Origin: the human T2T-CHM13v2.0 reference genome, Homo sapiens | Length of the DNA stretch: 64,000 nt | Strand: one strand, 5' to 3' | Assembly (NCBI RefSeq): GCF_009914755.1 | Contig: NC_060931.1 | In this document: positions 26,575 through 41,276 of the stretch, piece by piece | Layout of the letters: every line of letters begins with the position of its first letter | Numbering within the stretch: position 1 is the stretch's first letter | Program-made: the position numbers and the translations under genes | Notes under the pieces: model-generated | Databases searched by the model: none | Told to the model about the DNA's origin: nothing | Seen by the model: only the letters and a program-made list of their open reading frames with translations

Positions 26575-27978
26575 TATGATATTAGCTGTGCTCTTAGATG
26601 GTCTTCATTATATGAAAATACATTTATTATATACCTAATTTGTTGGGAATTTTATTCAGGAAAGGATGCTGAATTTTGTCAAATGCTTTTTCTGCATCTA
26701 TTGAGAGGATCATATGATTTTTATCCTTCATCCTGTTACTGTGTTATATCACGTTTATTGAATTGCATATATTGAAACAACCTTGCAACTTAGGGATAAA
26801 TCCCACTTTATCATAATGTGCTTTCAATTTGGTTTGCTAGTATTTTGATTTTTACATCCATGTTCATCAGGGATATTGGCCTGTAGTTTTCTTGTTTTGC
26901 AGTGTCCCGGCCTGGTTTGGGTATCAGAGTAATGCTTCCCTCATAAAATTAGTTAGAAATGCTCCCTTCTTTTTTAATTTTTGAAAGGGTTTGAGAAGTA
27001 TTTGCATTACTTCTTTAAATGTTTGGTAGAATTTACCAATGAAGCTTTTTGGTCCTGGGTTTTACTTTGTTGGGATTTTTAAATTTTTGATTCAATCTCC
27101 TTGCTGTTGCCTGCTTCAGATTTTCTGTTTCTTCATGAAGACTCTGTTTCTCAGCAGGATATATGTGGCTAGGAATTTATCTGTGTCTGTAGGTTATCCA
27201 ATTTGTTGGCATATAGTTATTCATAGTCTTTTATGATCCTTTTTATTTCTGTGGTATCAGTTGTTAAGTCTTGTTCAATTCTGATTTTATTTGAGTCTGA
27301 TATCTTTTTTTATTAGTTAATCTAGTCAAAGGATTGTCATTTCATTCATCTTGTCTGAAACCAACTGTTTTGTTGACCTTTTCTAATTTTTAATGTTTTT
27401 ATTTCATTTATTTCTGCTGTAATCTTTATTATTTCCTTCTTTGTGCTAACTTTGGGCTTAGTTTACTCTTCTTTTTTTTAGTTATTTGTAAAGGTTTGTT
27501 GTTTATTTGAGATCTTTCTTTTTTGGTACTGTAGGCATTTATTGCTATAAACTTCTTTCCTAGAACTGCTTTTGCTGCATCCCTTGTTTTGGCATATTGT
27601 GTGTTCATTTTCATTTAGATTAATTTTTTATTTATGTTTGTTTTCTTATTTGACCCATTGGTTTCCCAGAAATATGTTGCTTAATTGTCACATATTTGTG
27701 AATTTCCAATTTTCCTCTGGTTATTGATTCCTAGTTTCATACTCTTGTGGTCAGAAAAGATACTTGGTGTGATTTCAGTCTTCATAAATCTGTTAAGACT
27801 TGTTTTGTGACCTAATGTGTAATCTGTCCTGGAGAATGTTCTGTGTGCACTTGAGGAGAATGTGTATTCTGCTGCTGCTAGATGGAATGTTCTCCATCTG
27901 TCTTTTATGTCCATTTGATCTGTAGTGTTTTTCAAGTCCACTGTTTTCTTATTGATTCTTTTTTTGTGGATGATCTAT
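26575..27978 (-). mobile_element. L1 (L1MA/MB-like) ORF2, inverted segment (endonuclease to start of RT)
   Basis: ORF track 27681..27941(-) RTFHLAAAEYTFSSSAHRTFSRTDYTLGHKTSL and 27429..27614(-) DAAKAVLGKKFIAINAY; the left end encodes ...TANII. Confidence 0.9.
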
Positions 27979-28015
27979 ATTCTGTAAGATCAGTAACAGG
28001 ATAATCTTGCTACTT

Positions 28016-28254
28016 CTTGAGATCATGTTTGGAGATTCTATCAGGGAAGTGCAGCTACTTGTGTACCCTTGATCACAGAATGGTACTCCTCTATTGAGGA
28101 ACGTCATCCTCTTCAACTAAGTGCTCAGCTTCAGGAGAAAAGCACGTGAAGCAGTGAAGGAGGAAGGGGATCTCTGCATAGCCAGTGATCTGCCAAATCA
28201 ACCCTGGTGATGAATGAGTTGACAGATGTTGCAGTCAGATTGCTTTCACATACC
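28016..28254 (-). pseudogene. 7SK snRNA retro-pseudogene, 5'-complete, 3'-truncated (about nt 1-240 of 7SK)
   Basis: Minus strand reads GGTATGTGAAAGCAATCTGACTGCAACATCTGTCAACTCATTCATCACCAGGGTTGATTTGGCAGATC...CAAGGGTACACAAGTAGCTGCACTTCCCTGATAGAATCTCCAAACATGATCTCAAG. This is collinear with 7SK (GGATGTGAGGGCGATCTGGCTGCGACATCTGTCACCCCATTGATCGCCAGGGTTGATTCGGCTGATC...CAAGGGTATACGAGTAGCTGCGCTCCCCTGCTAGAACCTCCAAACAAGCTCTCAAG). Confidence 0.93.
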
Positions 28255-30226
28255 AATCTTTCTATTGCTATCCAATATTGTACTGCAAGCCTAGTTAGAG
28301 AAATTAGACAAGAAAAAGAAGTGAAAGGCATCCAAATTAGAAAGAAAGTAGTAAAATTGTCTCTGTTTGAATACGACATAGTTCTATGTATAGAAAACCC
28401 TAAAGACTCACCAAAATACTGTTAGAACTAATAAATTTGGGAAAGTTATAGGATACAAATCACATACAAAAATCAGTGGTGTTTCAACATACTAACAATG
28501 AACTGTCCAAAAAAAAATCCCACTTACAATAGCTACAGAAAATACTTAGAAAAAAATTAAACCAAGGAGATAAAAAATTTGCATACTGAAAACTATAAAA
28601 CATTGATGGGAGAAATTTTGAAAGACTTGAATAAATGGAACGATATCCCATGTTCATGGACTGGAAGAATTAACATTGGTAAAATATACAAGATAATCTA
28701 TGGATTCAATTCAATCCTATCAAAATTTCAATGACATTTTTCACAGAAAGAGAAAAAAAATCCTAAAATTCATATGGAACCAAAAAAGACCCTGAATAGC
28801 CAAAGTAATGTTAAACAAAAACGAAACACAACAAAAACCCAAAAAACAAAACAAACAACAACAACAACAACAAAAACGAAGATGGAGACATCACACTTCT
28901 TGATTTCAAATTCTGTGGCAGAGCTATAATAATCAGAACAGTATGATCCTGGCATAAAAATGAACATATAGACCAATGGAATAGAATGGAGAGCCCAGCA
29001 GTAAAATCCACCTAAATGTGGTTAGCTAATCTTCAATAAGGGTATCAAGAATACAAAATGGGGAAAGGATAATCTCTTCAACAAATGAATTGGGAAAACT
29101 GGATATCCACATGGAATAATATAAAATTGGATCCTCACTTAATACTATAGACCAAATTTAACTCAAAATCTATTAAAATCCTAAACATAAGACATGAAAC
29201 TATAAAACTACTTGAGGAAAACTTAGGGAAACCCTCCTTAACAGGGTCTTGGCAATGATTTTTTGGTTATACACAAAAAGCACAGGCAACAAAAGCAAAA
29301 GTTGACAAAGGGATTATATTAAACTAAAAAGCCTCTGCATAGCAAAGAAAACAATCGACAAAATTAAAAGGCAACCTGTGTAATGGGAGAAAATAGTTAC
29401 AAACCATATATACGATAAGAGGTTAATGTCCACATTATATAAGAAATTCATACAACTCAATGGCAAAAACAAAAACAAAATAACCTGATGAAAAGGCATG
29501 CAAAGAACTTGAATAAACATTTCTTAAAGAAGTTATACAGACATATATCTGGCCAGATAAAAGAAGGCATATATCTGGCCAACAGATACATGAAAAGATA
29601 CTCAACATCACTAATTATCAGGGAAATGTAAATGAAAATGAAAATGATGTACCTCACACCTGTTGGGATGGCTGTAATTTAAAACAAAACACAAGTGTTA
29701 GCAAAATTGTGGAGAAAAGGGAACAATGTTACACTGTTAATGGGAATCTAAATGGGAAATTTATCATTATGGAAAACAGTATGGAATTTCCACAAAATAT
29801 TAAAAATAGAACTGCCATATGATCCAGAATCCAACTTCTGAATATTCATACAGAGGAATTGAAATCAGGATCTTCAAGTGTCATCTGCCCTCTCATGCTC
29901 TTTGAAGCATTACTCACAATAGGCAAGATACGGAAAAAACCTAAATGTGCATTAGCAGATGAACTACAAATAAAATATAGCATATACATACAATGGAATC
30001 TTATTCAGCCTTTAAAAAGAAGGAAATTTTGCCATTTTCAACAACGTGGATGTTCCTGGAAGACAATATGTTAAGTGAAATAATCCAGACACTTACATGT
30101 GGGTTCTAAAATAGTTGAGCTCATAGAAACAGGGGGTTGCCAGAAACTGCAGGGAGAAGGAAATGGAGAGGTTATGGAATTAAAAACAACAACAATAACA
30201 AAAAACAAAGAAAGAAAGGAAAACAC
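28255..30226 (+). mobile_element. L1 (L1MA/MB-like) ORF2 RT to 3' end with A-rich tail
   Basis: ORF track 28207..28425 [37 protein letters not shown] (RT core); C-terminal ORF2 and 3'UTR text; A-rich tail 30181-30226. Confidence 0.9.
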
Positions 30227-30390
30227 AAGATTTTATTGAGCTCCTGTGCATAATTCGGAGTATTCTTCCCATCTCAAAGTCTTTAATCTCAATCACATCT
30301 GCAAAGTCTTTTTTGCTATTTAAGGTAACATTCACAGATTCTGGGAGTTAGTATGTGGGCACCTTTGGGGAAATATTCTGCTTACCACAA
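30227..30390 (-). mobile_element. MLT1 LTR, right part
   Basis: cccatctcaaagtctttaatctcaatcacatctgcaaagtc...aggtaacattcacag...attctgcttaccaca. Confidence 0.8.
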
Positions 30391-30479
30391 CCAGTTTCCC
30401 AAGATTCAAGGTAGAGTTCTTCTTTAATATTCTCACTGTATATGGCTATAAGCAGTTTAACAATCCATTGATATTTTTC

Positions 30480-33200
30480 AGAAATCGATGATATCATTTA
30501 TTTTTAAATTACAGTGTAATGTACACTGAATAGAACACACAGATTTTCATAAAACACACATAATGTCTTTTGACAAATGTCTATACCTGACTATCACCAC
30601 AAATTATAAAATATTTAAATCACCCCAGAAAGTTCCTTCATGTCCCTGGTAGTAGACCTAGATCATAGGCAGACACTGATCTGTTTTTTCATCATAATCT
30701 ATTTGTTCCTATTATAGAACTTTATATAAATGGCAGTATAGAGTATGTGGTCTTTTCTATGTGGCTTCTTTCACTTAAAATGTTTACGTGATACATCCAT
30801 GCTCTTGCATGGGAGTTTGTTAACTTTTACTGCTGAGTAGTATTTTATGAATATGAACTAATTTGTTGATTCATTCTAGTTTTGGGCTATGATGAAAAAA
30901 ACTGCTATAAAGAAACTTTTCCAAATTTGTTTTTGGACATATATTTTTATTTCATGTGGGTAAATGCCTAGCAGAGAAAACAATGTTACAGCTTAACTGT
31001 ATGTGTATTTTATAAGAAAATGACAAACTATTTTCCAAAGTAATTACCACTTTATTTGTGGAATCTGTAATGTCAGCTTTCTTATTCCTGAGAGTGGTAA
31101 TTTGTGCCTACATTTTATTTGCCTTATCAGTCTGGCTAGAGGTTTATCAATTTTATTGATCTTCTACCAGCCTTTAGTTTTGTTAATATTCGTTACTTTT
31201 TTTCTGTTTCCTATTTTACTGACTTCATCATTATTATTTCTCTTTTTTCTCCAGACAATATGTTTTATTTGCTCTTATTTTTCTAGTTTTCAAAGTGGAA
31301 GCTGAGGTCATAGATTTCAGATTTTTCTTCTTTTCCAATACAGCATTTATTGCTATAAATTTCCTTCTAAATCCAGCTTTATCTACATTCTGTAAATTTT
31401 GCTATGTTATATTTTCATTTTCACTTGTCTGATTTTCTCTTTGAGTTCTTTTTTGACACGTGAGTTATTTTAAAGTATATTATTTAGTGTCTGATTACTT
31501 GGGCATTTTTTCAGCTATCTCTCTTTAATTGATACATAATTTAATTCCACTGGGGTCAGAAAACATTTTCTGCAGAGCTTTAATTCTTTTACATTTATTG
31601 ATATTTATAATGGTATAATTTTTTATCTCTTCCTACAGTTTGTATTACTTTATTGTATATTTACTTTTATGCATATGTAGATTCTCACATTTAATTATTA
31701 ATTTTCTTAAAAAGTTGAAAAATTTTAAACAAGTTTAAATGTTGGTATATGTTTATATGTGTTTGTGTTGTATGTTTGTGGGTGTGTGTGTGAGAGAGAG
31801 AGGAGGGGAGAGTAAAGGAAAGAAAGGGAGAGGGAGAGGGAGAGAGAGAAAGAGAGAGAGACAAAATATGTACATATTCATCCCTTGATATATTCACAGG
31901 GGATTGGTTTTAGAACCCCCCTTAAATAGCTCAAATCCCTTACATAAAATGTTGTAATATACACATGTAGCTTATGCAATCCTCCGTATACTTTGTCATC
32001 TCTAGATTATTTATCATACTTAATATAATGTAAATGTCAGGTAAATCGTTGTTATGCTGTGTTTTCTATTTGTACTTTTAAATGTTATATTGTTGCTTTT
32101 TTATTTTTTCTAAATCTATTTTATCTGCAGTTGATATAATCCACAGATACAGAACCCATGGATACAAGGGTCAACAGTATACGTATAAAATAAAGACAAT
32201 TTATGGAATGTCTTTTATATTTGCTCACATATTTAACCTTTCTAGTGTTCTGTATTCATTTGAGTCGATCCAGGTTTCCATTTGGTATCATTTCCTTTCA
32301 ATCTGAAGTATTTCTTTCAACATCGCTTGCACCACTGTTCTGCTAGCAACAAATTCTCTTATCTTTTGTTTATAAGAAAATATTTTTATTTTCCTTTAAT
32401 CTTTGGTTAATATTATCATTTGATATATAAAACTATGTTGACAGTTATTTCACACTCTAAAGATATATTTTCAATGTCATTTTTTTATTTTTGTCTTTCC
32501 TTTTTTTGAAAATTAGAAATCGGCTGTCATGCTTGTTGAAAAGATGTATATTTTTTCTCTGGTTCTTTTTAAGAGTCTTTATGTAGTTTAATGATTAGGT
32601 AGATTTCCTCTTTTTTTTTCCGGTTGAAGTACATTGAGCTTAATGTGTGGCTTGCTGTTTTTAATAACAATTGGAGGACTTTTAGCTAATATTTCTTCAA
32701 ACACAATTTTCTGCCCCATTTTTTATGTCCTCTGTTTCTGAGGGTCCTATTACATGTTTATTTCATCACTTCGGTATGGCCCACTGGACATTGAGGACTC
32801 TGTTCATTTTCTTGAGTCTCATTTTCTTCTTTGCACTTTTGTTTTTCTTGCCCTGTCTTTAAATTCTTTGTCCTTGACCTCTGTTGTGTTCAACCTGCTG
32901 CTAATATCATCCAAAAAACTTTTCATTTCACACATTGTACTATTTACTTCTAGGATTCCCATTTAGTTCTTTTTTACACTTTCCAGTTCTCTTTTGAAAT
33001 TGTCACTTCACCATTATATTCATCTTTTCCTGTAGATTGTTTGACATGCTTATAATTATTTTTCAGATTTTTGTCTTATACTTCTGAGTCATTTGTGAGT
33101 CTGTTTCTATTATCTTATTTTTCACTTGATTATGAGTCTCTTTTTTCTGCTTCTTTGCCTGTCTTGTAATATTTGATCATCTTCTAGGCATTGTGTTAAA
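30480..33200 (-). mobile_element. Decayed L1M fragments, antisense
   Basis: cagtctggctagaggtttatcaattttattgatctt, gctataaatttccttctaa and similar. Confidence 0.7.
31872..32180. mobile_element. MER2-like (TcMar-Tigger) element
   Basis: ggggattggttttagaacccc...ctcaaatcccttacataaaatg...tcatctctagatta...cagatacagaacccatggatacaagggtcaac. Confidence 0.8.
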
Positions 33201-36200
33201 GAAAAAGAAACAGTGGAGGCTTAAAAGAGCTTGTTTCTTTGGAGTTTAATTCTTTTAAAAGTTTCTTTGTTTGTGAAGTTATTCAATTATTTAAAGGAAA
33301 ACATGCTTCTCTGGGGCTTCTTTGGTTATCTATTGTTACTTTGGCAGACTGAAGGTTTTGCACATCCTTCTTCTTCCTAGTCAGGTGTGGATCTCCAAAA
33401 CAGATTCATATTTGAGAGGGGTGTTGAAGCTCTTTGTTGTTTCCAATTTTATGGGTCATACTCATAAAGGACAAAGTCAAGTGATGACAACAGGGGCACA
33501 TTTATTTATTTATCTATTTATTTCTTCAACTTAAATGGAGGATAGGACAAATATGTTACTAAATACTTTCTGCACATCCACTGCTGAAAAGCTACCTAAA
33601 TATCTGAGAAAGGGATAAATCTTGGCAGTTATACATTTACTTTGTGGGAAACTACCTTGTTTTCAACCTTCTTGCCTCCTGTTGTACCAGTGCTCCAACT
33701 CTTTCTGAAAGCTTAAGTTAGCCAAATTATGGACTGACTTACAACTCTGAAAAGTTTCAAACAAATAAACACTTAAAAACTTTGGGTGAAGTAAAAGGCG
33801 AGAGTCTAGCTATTACTAAGATTTTTTGTTCAGGTACCAAGACCTGTCAGCTAGTTGTCTGGTCTATGGTGTTCCCACACCACAGTCCATTTCCTTCTAG
33901 GATGTTAGTCCCTCCGTCTGCATTTCTGAAGACTAAAATGTCAGTTTCTCATTTGTAGTTTTAACTGCCTGCTTTATGGTAATTGGATCTGCCTATTTCC
34001 AGCCTCTTCATCTGGCTCTTGGCTTCAGACTGTCGGGATTTCATTACTTATATATGCTTTAGCTTATACTGACTAAAAATTGCTGCATCTTTCTTCAGAC
34101 TCTACATCACTCCCCGCTCTAAACCTTGCTGAGCTTTTCTCAGTACCTGACACCTACTTTGCACTTTTAAACAAAGTCCTGATATTTTAAAAATAACATA
34201 AATGGGAAATAATGGTTCCTGAAATAAATTATAGTCTTTAGCATTTACTTACAAGGTTTTCTACTGCTATATTTTTACCTGAATATTTAAAATATAGAAC
34301 AAATAAATAACATAAAATGAAAGATATCTTCCAAGTAATTTATGTTTGTTTTTATCTTTGATAGTATTAAATTTGATATCTGCTGGTTTATGTATATTGC
34401 AGATGTTCCTTGCTTTTTTGTTTCAATCTCTGCAAAAGACATTGTTTGGCTTTTTTGATACCAGTGTTCAAATTGTACATATCATACACACTTGGAGAAC
34501 ATTAGTATTTTTCACCTCTGTAATTTTATATGGCAGTAAATTTCATTCACATGTGCATGCTCACCCCCCACCCCAACTTGCTATAAAATGAAAAGGCTGG
34601 TCAATTGCTTTGATGTTCTTTATATATAATGCTATTATGTACCTAATGCCACATAATTTAATTTCTGTGGTCAAAATTTGTATTCAATTGCCTAGTTTTT
34701 ACTAAATTGATCACATTTACTTGTTGGTAGCTATTCTACTAGTGTATAGCCCTGGAAAATTAGAGTTTAATGCAGGAAGAACATTTACAATTAGAATAAT
34801 ATAATCAAAACTAAAATCATCTATCCAAAGAACCTAGACATTTTGATAATAGTTATACAATGTACATTGCAATTAGTTACTCTTTAAATTTTTGAAATTT
34901 TATAAATCTGATTGAAAATGTTTATAGGTAACGAATGATGGTGAAAATATTAGTATTACTGTTGATTGAAGGCACATCTATTGTAGTAAAATATGAGTAT
35001 AAGAGAAAGAGATATTACAATGGGGCATTCGTTGGTACAGTCTTTATAGCCCAGTATAATCTTTGTTCAAGTCATGATTATTACTCTTATTGTGTGTTAT
35101 GATCTTCAAAAAGGCTATGAACTTCTGTCTTAAAAAAATAGTGTCTTAAAAACAAAAACAAATCTTCTTCTTCCCTAATTTATTTTTTTTTTGAAGTTTT
35201 GCATACTTGGGCCATATTTATATGACAAAAAATATCTGATTTTTTTTTGATCAATGTGATCCAAAAATCAGTCATGTTTCAAAAAATTTGGCCAATTGAA
35301 TTGTTGGGCCTTATGTCAAATAAAACCACTGCTTGAAAACTAAACAAATTGCTTTCAATGGGTTATTATTGCCTTACCAAGACCACATCCTGATGATTTC
35401 CCCCGTCACAACAAGACTTTCTTCATAGTGGATCCATTGTTATTATTTTCATAAAAGGCTCAACTTAAATTACATGCAATAGAAGCACCATCATCAGGTG
35501 CCCTGTCTCCTTCCTAACAGAAGCCTGGTTTTTCACGAATGCATTTAGTCCTGTCTGTAGCCCCAGTTTTGACAGGCTGAAGGCTGTAGGCATGATGGGC
35601 CGCAGATGCCAGGCTTCTTAAGAACTGTTTTCCAGTGCTGTCAACAAACTCCCTCCTTCCAGATTCTTTACAGAGCAGGGCTGGCAGCTGTGCATAGGCT
35701 TTGGGATCCACCATCCAGTTACATTTCTAATGCTGGGCTCTTGTTTTCCTGGCTCCCTTGAGCTGGCTCAAAGAAACAAAATGGTATTCCCATATGTCCC
35801 TTATTGTTTTCTTGGCAAATATCCCTACTTCCCTGAATCTCCCAGATTCCAGCATGTGAGAGACAAATTTTCTTTGTGAAAATTCCCTCCCTCAAAGGCT
35901 GCAGATTAATAGCATTGATTCTAAAGCAAACTGTCTTTTTATAAGGTCTTTTGTAAGGCTGAAGTTAGCTGGGTTTAGGGGCTATGTTAGCATATTCGGA
36001 AATATTATGCATATGGTAAACCATAGCAATACAATACAAAGGCAATACAAATAACTGAGCTTGATTTACTAATTTGAATGTCAATACCAATAGTTCAGAT
36101 ATGAAGAGATGCCTATTGACTGAGTGATCCTCTTTCCCTTTCTCATAAAGATTTATGTGTTAAGGCAAAACAACTATCTACAATCTTTAGTAGACATATG

Positions 36201-37005
36201 CATTTATTTTTACTTCTAAGTAAAGCTTAATTCCAATAAATTGAAGTTAGGAAGGAAGCATTCAACTTTCATATTATTGTTGCCATAATATAAATCACGT
36301 GGAACTATTTTTCATCACAGAGATTAGTGTAGCTAAAGAGGAAGACTTTAGAACACATCAAGGATCCATAGTTACTATTGAACAGCAACTTTGAATGTGA
36401 GCTAGTATAGGCATATTGAATAAATGATGAACTGTATCATATTCATACTGGTTAATTTGAGATTGCCAGTTATTTAACAGGATATTAACTGTAGCTATAT
36501 CTGAGCCATTTCTGAAAAGAGGAATCGGAGCCAATTGTTGCACAAGCTCTTACAAGGTCAACAAAACCAAGGGAGGTGATGCAGGAGGAAAGACTTCGTT
36601 TTCTCTCTCTGCTCCTAAATTGGTTTCTGGTCATCTAAATCCCCCAATCCATTACCAGAGAGTGAGAGCAGGGGAAGGCAGTATTCATTCATTCCAATTT
36701 TCATGCATGATCTAACTCAACAATTTTTAACGTACCAGTGACTTCAACAAAGACACTGTGTTTAATTTCCACGGAACAATGTTCAGTTTCTTTAGATAAA
36801 ACAAAATGGAATCCCATATCACTATGTTAAGTGTAATCAACACCATTTTGGATGGGGAAGCAGTCACATATAAATGACCTATCAGAGGTATTCCACAAGG
36901 ACCTAAAGAATTTTGATTGTAATTTTTTGGGCCCTATTCAACTTTACCCGAATAAAAGGGGGAAAATTCTTATAAATAAACGACTTAATATACCTAGGTG
37001 AGAAG

Positions 37006-37306
37006 TTTTTTGTTTTTTTTTTTTTGAAATGGAGTCTCGCGCTGTCGCCCAGGCTGGAGTACAGTGGTGCGATCTGGGCTCACTGCAAGCTCCGCCTCCG
37101 GGGTTCACGCCATTCTTCTGCCTCAGCCTCCTGAGTAGCTGAGACTACAGGCGCCCGCCACCACGCCTGCCTGATTTTTTGTATTTTTTAGTAGAGACGG
37201 GTTTCACCGTGTTAGCCAGGATGGTCTCTGTCTCCTGACCTCGTGATCCGCCCACCTCGGCCTCCCAAAGTGTTGGGTTTACAGGCGTGAGCCACCGCGC
37301 CCGGCC
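37006..37306 (-). mobile_element. AluY, antisense
   Basis: Y diagnostics gcaagctccgcctcc, ttcacgccattc, gttagccaggatggtctc; many intact CpGs; TSD gagaagt. Confidence 0.93.
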
Positions 37307-38970
37307 GAGAAGTATTATTTATATTGTAAGGCCTGTTACAACAAATATCACACACTCATTCCCCCAAAACAAAAACAATAAAAAAAACCCAAAGAGGGTT
37401 CAACCAATAACACAAATGCTTGAAGCAGTGATTTTCCAGAACAAAATTTTAGTGTAATAGAACATTTGGATCTTTTTTCCAGTTAAATCTTTCAAAAGCA
37501 TTATGTCCTGACCATGTTTCTGATTTCTTGACCTCTGTACAACTTAATATAAAAAATCAGAAGTTTATTGCTGTAAATATTTTAAAATATGTTAAACTAG
37601 CTAATGTATACTTTATTTTCATTATGCTTTTGTTCTGTCATCAGGTAAGAGACGTGTACACATGGCAAGCAAGATGATTGGGAGGTTAGAATGGGCACTT
37701 GCTGGCAAACCTATTTTTGACGGAGAAAAACTGTACTATCCCAGCATAGTCATAGAAACTGCAGGTTCTGGCTGCTTTCAACCCTTCTTTTTTAAAAGAC
37801 CCAAATTGCCTATGCACAAATATATTTAATAATTATAATTATCATTAAGTAGCAAGGTAGATTAAATATCCTCAGTCATTCTTCTTAAAAAATAAAAACA
37901 AAAACCTCAACCTACATTTAAGCAAAAAATGCTTCTTAAAGTCATTTTCAAAATTGATAATGCATCGATATGAATTTGGGTAGCTGAAATTTTGGCTTCC
38001 AGTGAAATAGTTCACACACATAAAACATCGCATGCGAATTTTGAATTCAGCAAATGTATTGGAAGTAGTAATTCAACCATCACATCTTCACTTGGAAATA
38101 CATGCTGTAGAATTTTTCCATACTGTGCTTGCTTTTGATAAATATTATTTTACTGAGCATTGATACTTTCGGACATTTAGAAGTACCTTAGTGCTGATAC
38201 TTAAGCACTGGGAGGTAATTATTGAACTCTAAATTACCAGTACACTCAAAGAGAAATTTTAAAAACAGAATCCCGATCAGCTGGTCTGATATGCTCAATT
38301 AGTTTTTGGATAGTAGGCAGTTATATTATACATAAAACATTTTTCTCTGTATGATTTTTTATTTTGTTATAGTTTCCTAAAATAGTTATATTTATAAAAC
38401 TTAAGTAAAAATCTAATATTTGATCAACTACTTTCAACAAAGAAACACAATCATCTCATCTCTTGTCAGTTTATAAATGTCACATAGACTTACTATTCTC
38501 TGCACTGCAGCTATACCTTTACCAAGAATAAGTATATAAAAATTAGTAAGTAGCTAGCAGGACTACTGGGTATTAAAGGTAGTATTAATTTAAGTTCTGG
38601 CTCATTGCTTAGTGTTTGTTAAAGTCTGAATCATCTTGACGTTTTGTTCTGCATTCTGTATTTATTGGCTGATTCTGGTACACGATGTGTTCTTACTCTC
38701 ATCAGTGGAGATTTGACCCTTATTTTTCATGATTTTGAAGCCTAAATTACTCCATCTAGGTTGGAATTAGTAGCAGTTCTTACCATCCAAATACTATTTG
38801 GCTATGGGGATGTTAGAGAAATGGAAATATACGTTTCTGTTGCCCATGGGACAATCTTAATGAATGCAGCAAGTAAAATGATCATATTAATTTGCACTTT
38901 CTTATTTTCTGTACCTATCCTTGCCATAGCAATAGACTTAGTTTATATGAAATTAAAAAAAAAAATGTCT

Positions 38971-39340
<370 letters not shown>

Positions 39341-40872
39341 TTATTTGCCTAGGCAGAGTTTCACTATGTATATAAGGAACACAAAAATAAATCTGACATT
39401 TTGATAAATTTGCCCAGAAAATGTGAATTTCATCAGTTATGAAAATAGACTAGTCTAAAATGATCAGATTCTTTTTTTTTCAAATCCAGTTTTGCATATA
39501 GACTATGCCATAGATTTTCTTTCCTGGATACCACATGGCTATATTTGGCAATCAAATATTCTCTTGTACTTCCGCATATGGTCCCACCGGAAAACATCAT
39601 TTCTTCCCTTTAAACTAAGGAGAAACATCCATAACACCAATCTAAACAACAGCAAGAAAGTAGGAATGTGAGTATTCAGTCCTTGAAAGATTAATTGTCA
39701 CGTTTGGTGACATTAAAATACTGCCAAAGTTCTATTATTAGTCATGTTCATGCCTGAAGAGAAAGTAAAACTTGAGAAGAAATGTTACAAATCAGTTTAT
39801 TAAAATAAAATCTATGTCACCATTAAGTTGACTGAAATCCACAGAAAGGTACTATAGGATATATTTGCTTAGATTAACTGCTTGGTCTTTGTAACTTAAA
39901 ATAAAATATAAAGCAAAGAGTTTTTCCATGTTATTATGTAGAAAAAAATCTAAATTGTATTGCATAATATGGCATTTGTGGGTTTTACTACAACAACCTA
40001 AGATGCTCATAAGTTTAAAAAGGTTAAATATGAATATATTCCCTTCAAAGTTCGAGAAACAGATTTGTTTTCATAAAATGAAAAAATTTTCTATTTTTAT
40101 TACCATTAAATGAGAAAATAAGAAATTAAGTCACTGAATTCTTTCTTGCATATGTCTTCTGATAGTTATATTTTGTGAGACTAGTAGATTTTCAAGTCCT
40201 TTGAAAAACAGTAAATTAATTATTTAAAAAACTTGTTGAGAAATTCTCATTGAAGAGAGACATGTTCTTGAGCCAAGGAGAAACTTGGTTCTAGTATAAT
40301 ATAGAACACATCTTTATGTCAGAAAAATACTATACAAATTCCCTGTTAGGAGACTCAGAATTCAGTGAGAAAAGCAGATACTGTAAGAATAGTAATCTTA
40401 TTTTAAAACATTTTCACAGTTTCATCAAATCAATGATTTTATTCATTATAAAGCACAAAATATTTTATGTGTTTTAAGAAAGAAGGTGTTGTGCTCCCAA
40501 GTCTAAACAGCAACCTTCTCCCAAAACCTGGGGTGCAAAATCGGGGGCCCTTGAGAGAAGGAAAATTTTCTAGCAAAGCCCAGAGTAGAGGAATGGCCAG
40601 AGGGAGAGGAAAAAAGCTAGGGTAGTAGCTACTCATAAATCTATTTTATCATCCTTTACTGGCCACTATATGTCAGATACTATGTAAATCTAGCAGATAA
40701 AATGGTGAGCAAAAAGTAGATGTTTTGGGGAGTGGGGAGGAGGACATTAATCGTGTAATAAACATAATAACAACAAATGTATTAAATAATCACACCAAGA
40801 GGTGTATCATTAGAAATAGAGATGAGTTCTCAGAAATCGGGGTTGGCAAATCTCTAAGGGCATATTATAGAG

Positions 40873-41276
40873 TGTCTTAGTCCATTTGTACTGCTGTAAC
40901 AAAATACCACAGATGCAGTAATGTATGACAAGCAGAAATGTATTTACTCACAGTTCTGGAGGCTGGGATCAAGTCCAAGATCAAGGTGCCAGCAGATTTG
41001 ATTGTCTTGTGAGGTCTTTCTCTGCCTCCAAAATGGCACTTTGTTGCTGCAGCCACCTGAGGGGAGGGACACTGTGTCCTTACAGGGTAGAAGGCGAAAG
41101 GGCAAGCCCGCCAAAGGCTGCAAGAAGCCTATTTTATAATGGCCTTATCCGATTTATGATAGGAAATGCTCTCATGACCTCATCGCTGCTTAAAGGCCCT
41201 ACCATTTAATAATATCATATTGACCCTTAAGTTTCAACACCTGAATTTTGGAGGGAACACATTTAAACCAGAACAC
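40873..41276 (-). mobile_element. MaLR solo LTR (MST-like) inserted in L2
   Basis: tgtcttagtccatttgtactgctgtaacaaaataccac...aagtccaagatcaaggtgccagcagattt...tttcaacacctgaattttggaggg. Confidence 0.85.

Noticed and set aside
33319-33332. TCTTTGGTTATCTA equals the first 14 nt of miR-9-5p
   Set aside because: The match stops at nt 14 and there is no complementary 3p arm or hairpin; treated as chance.
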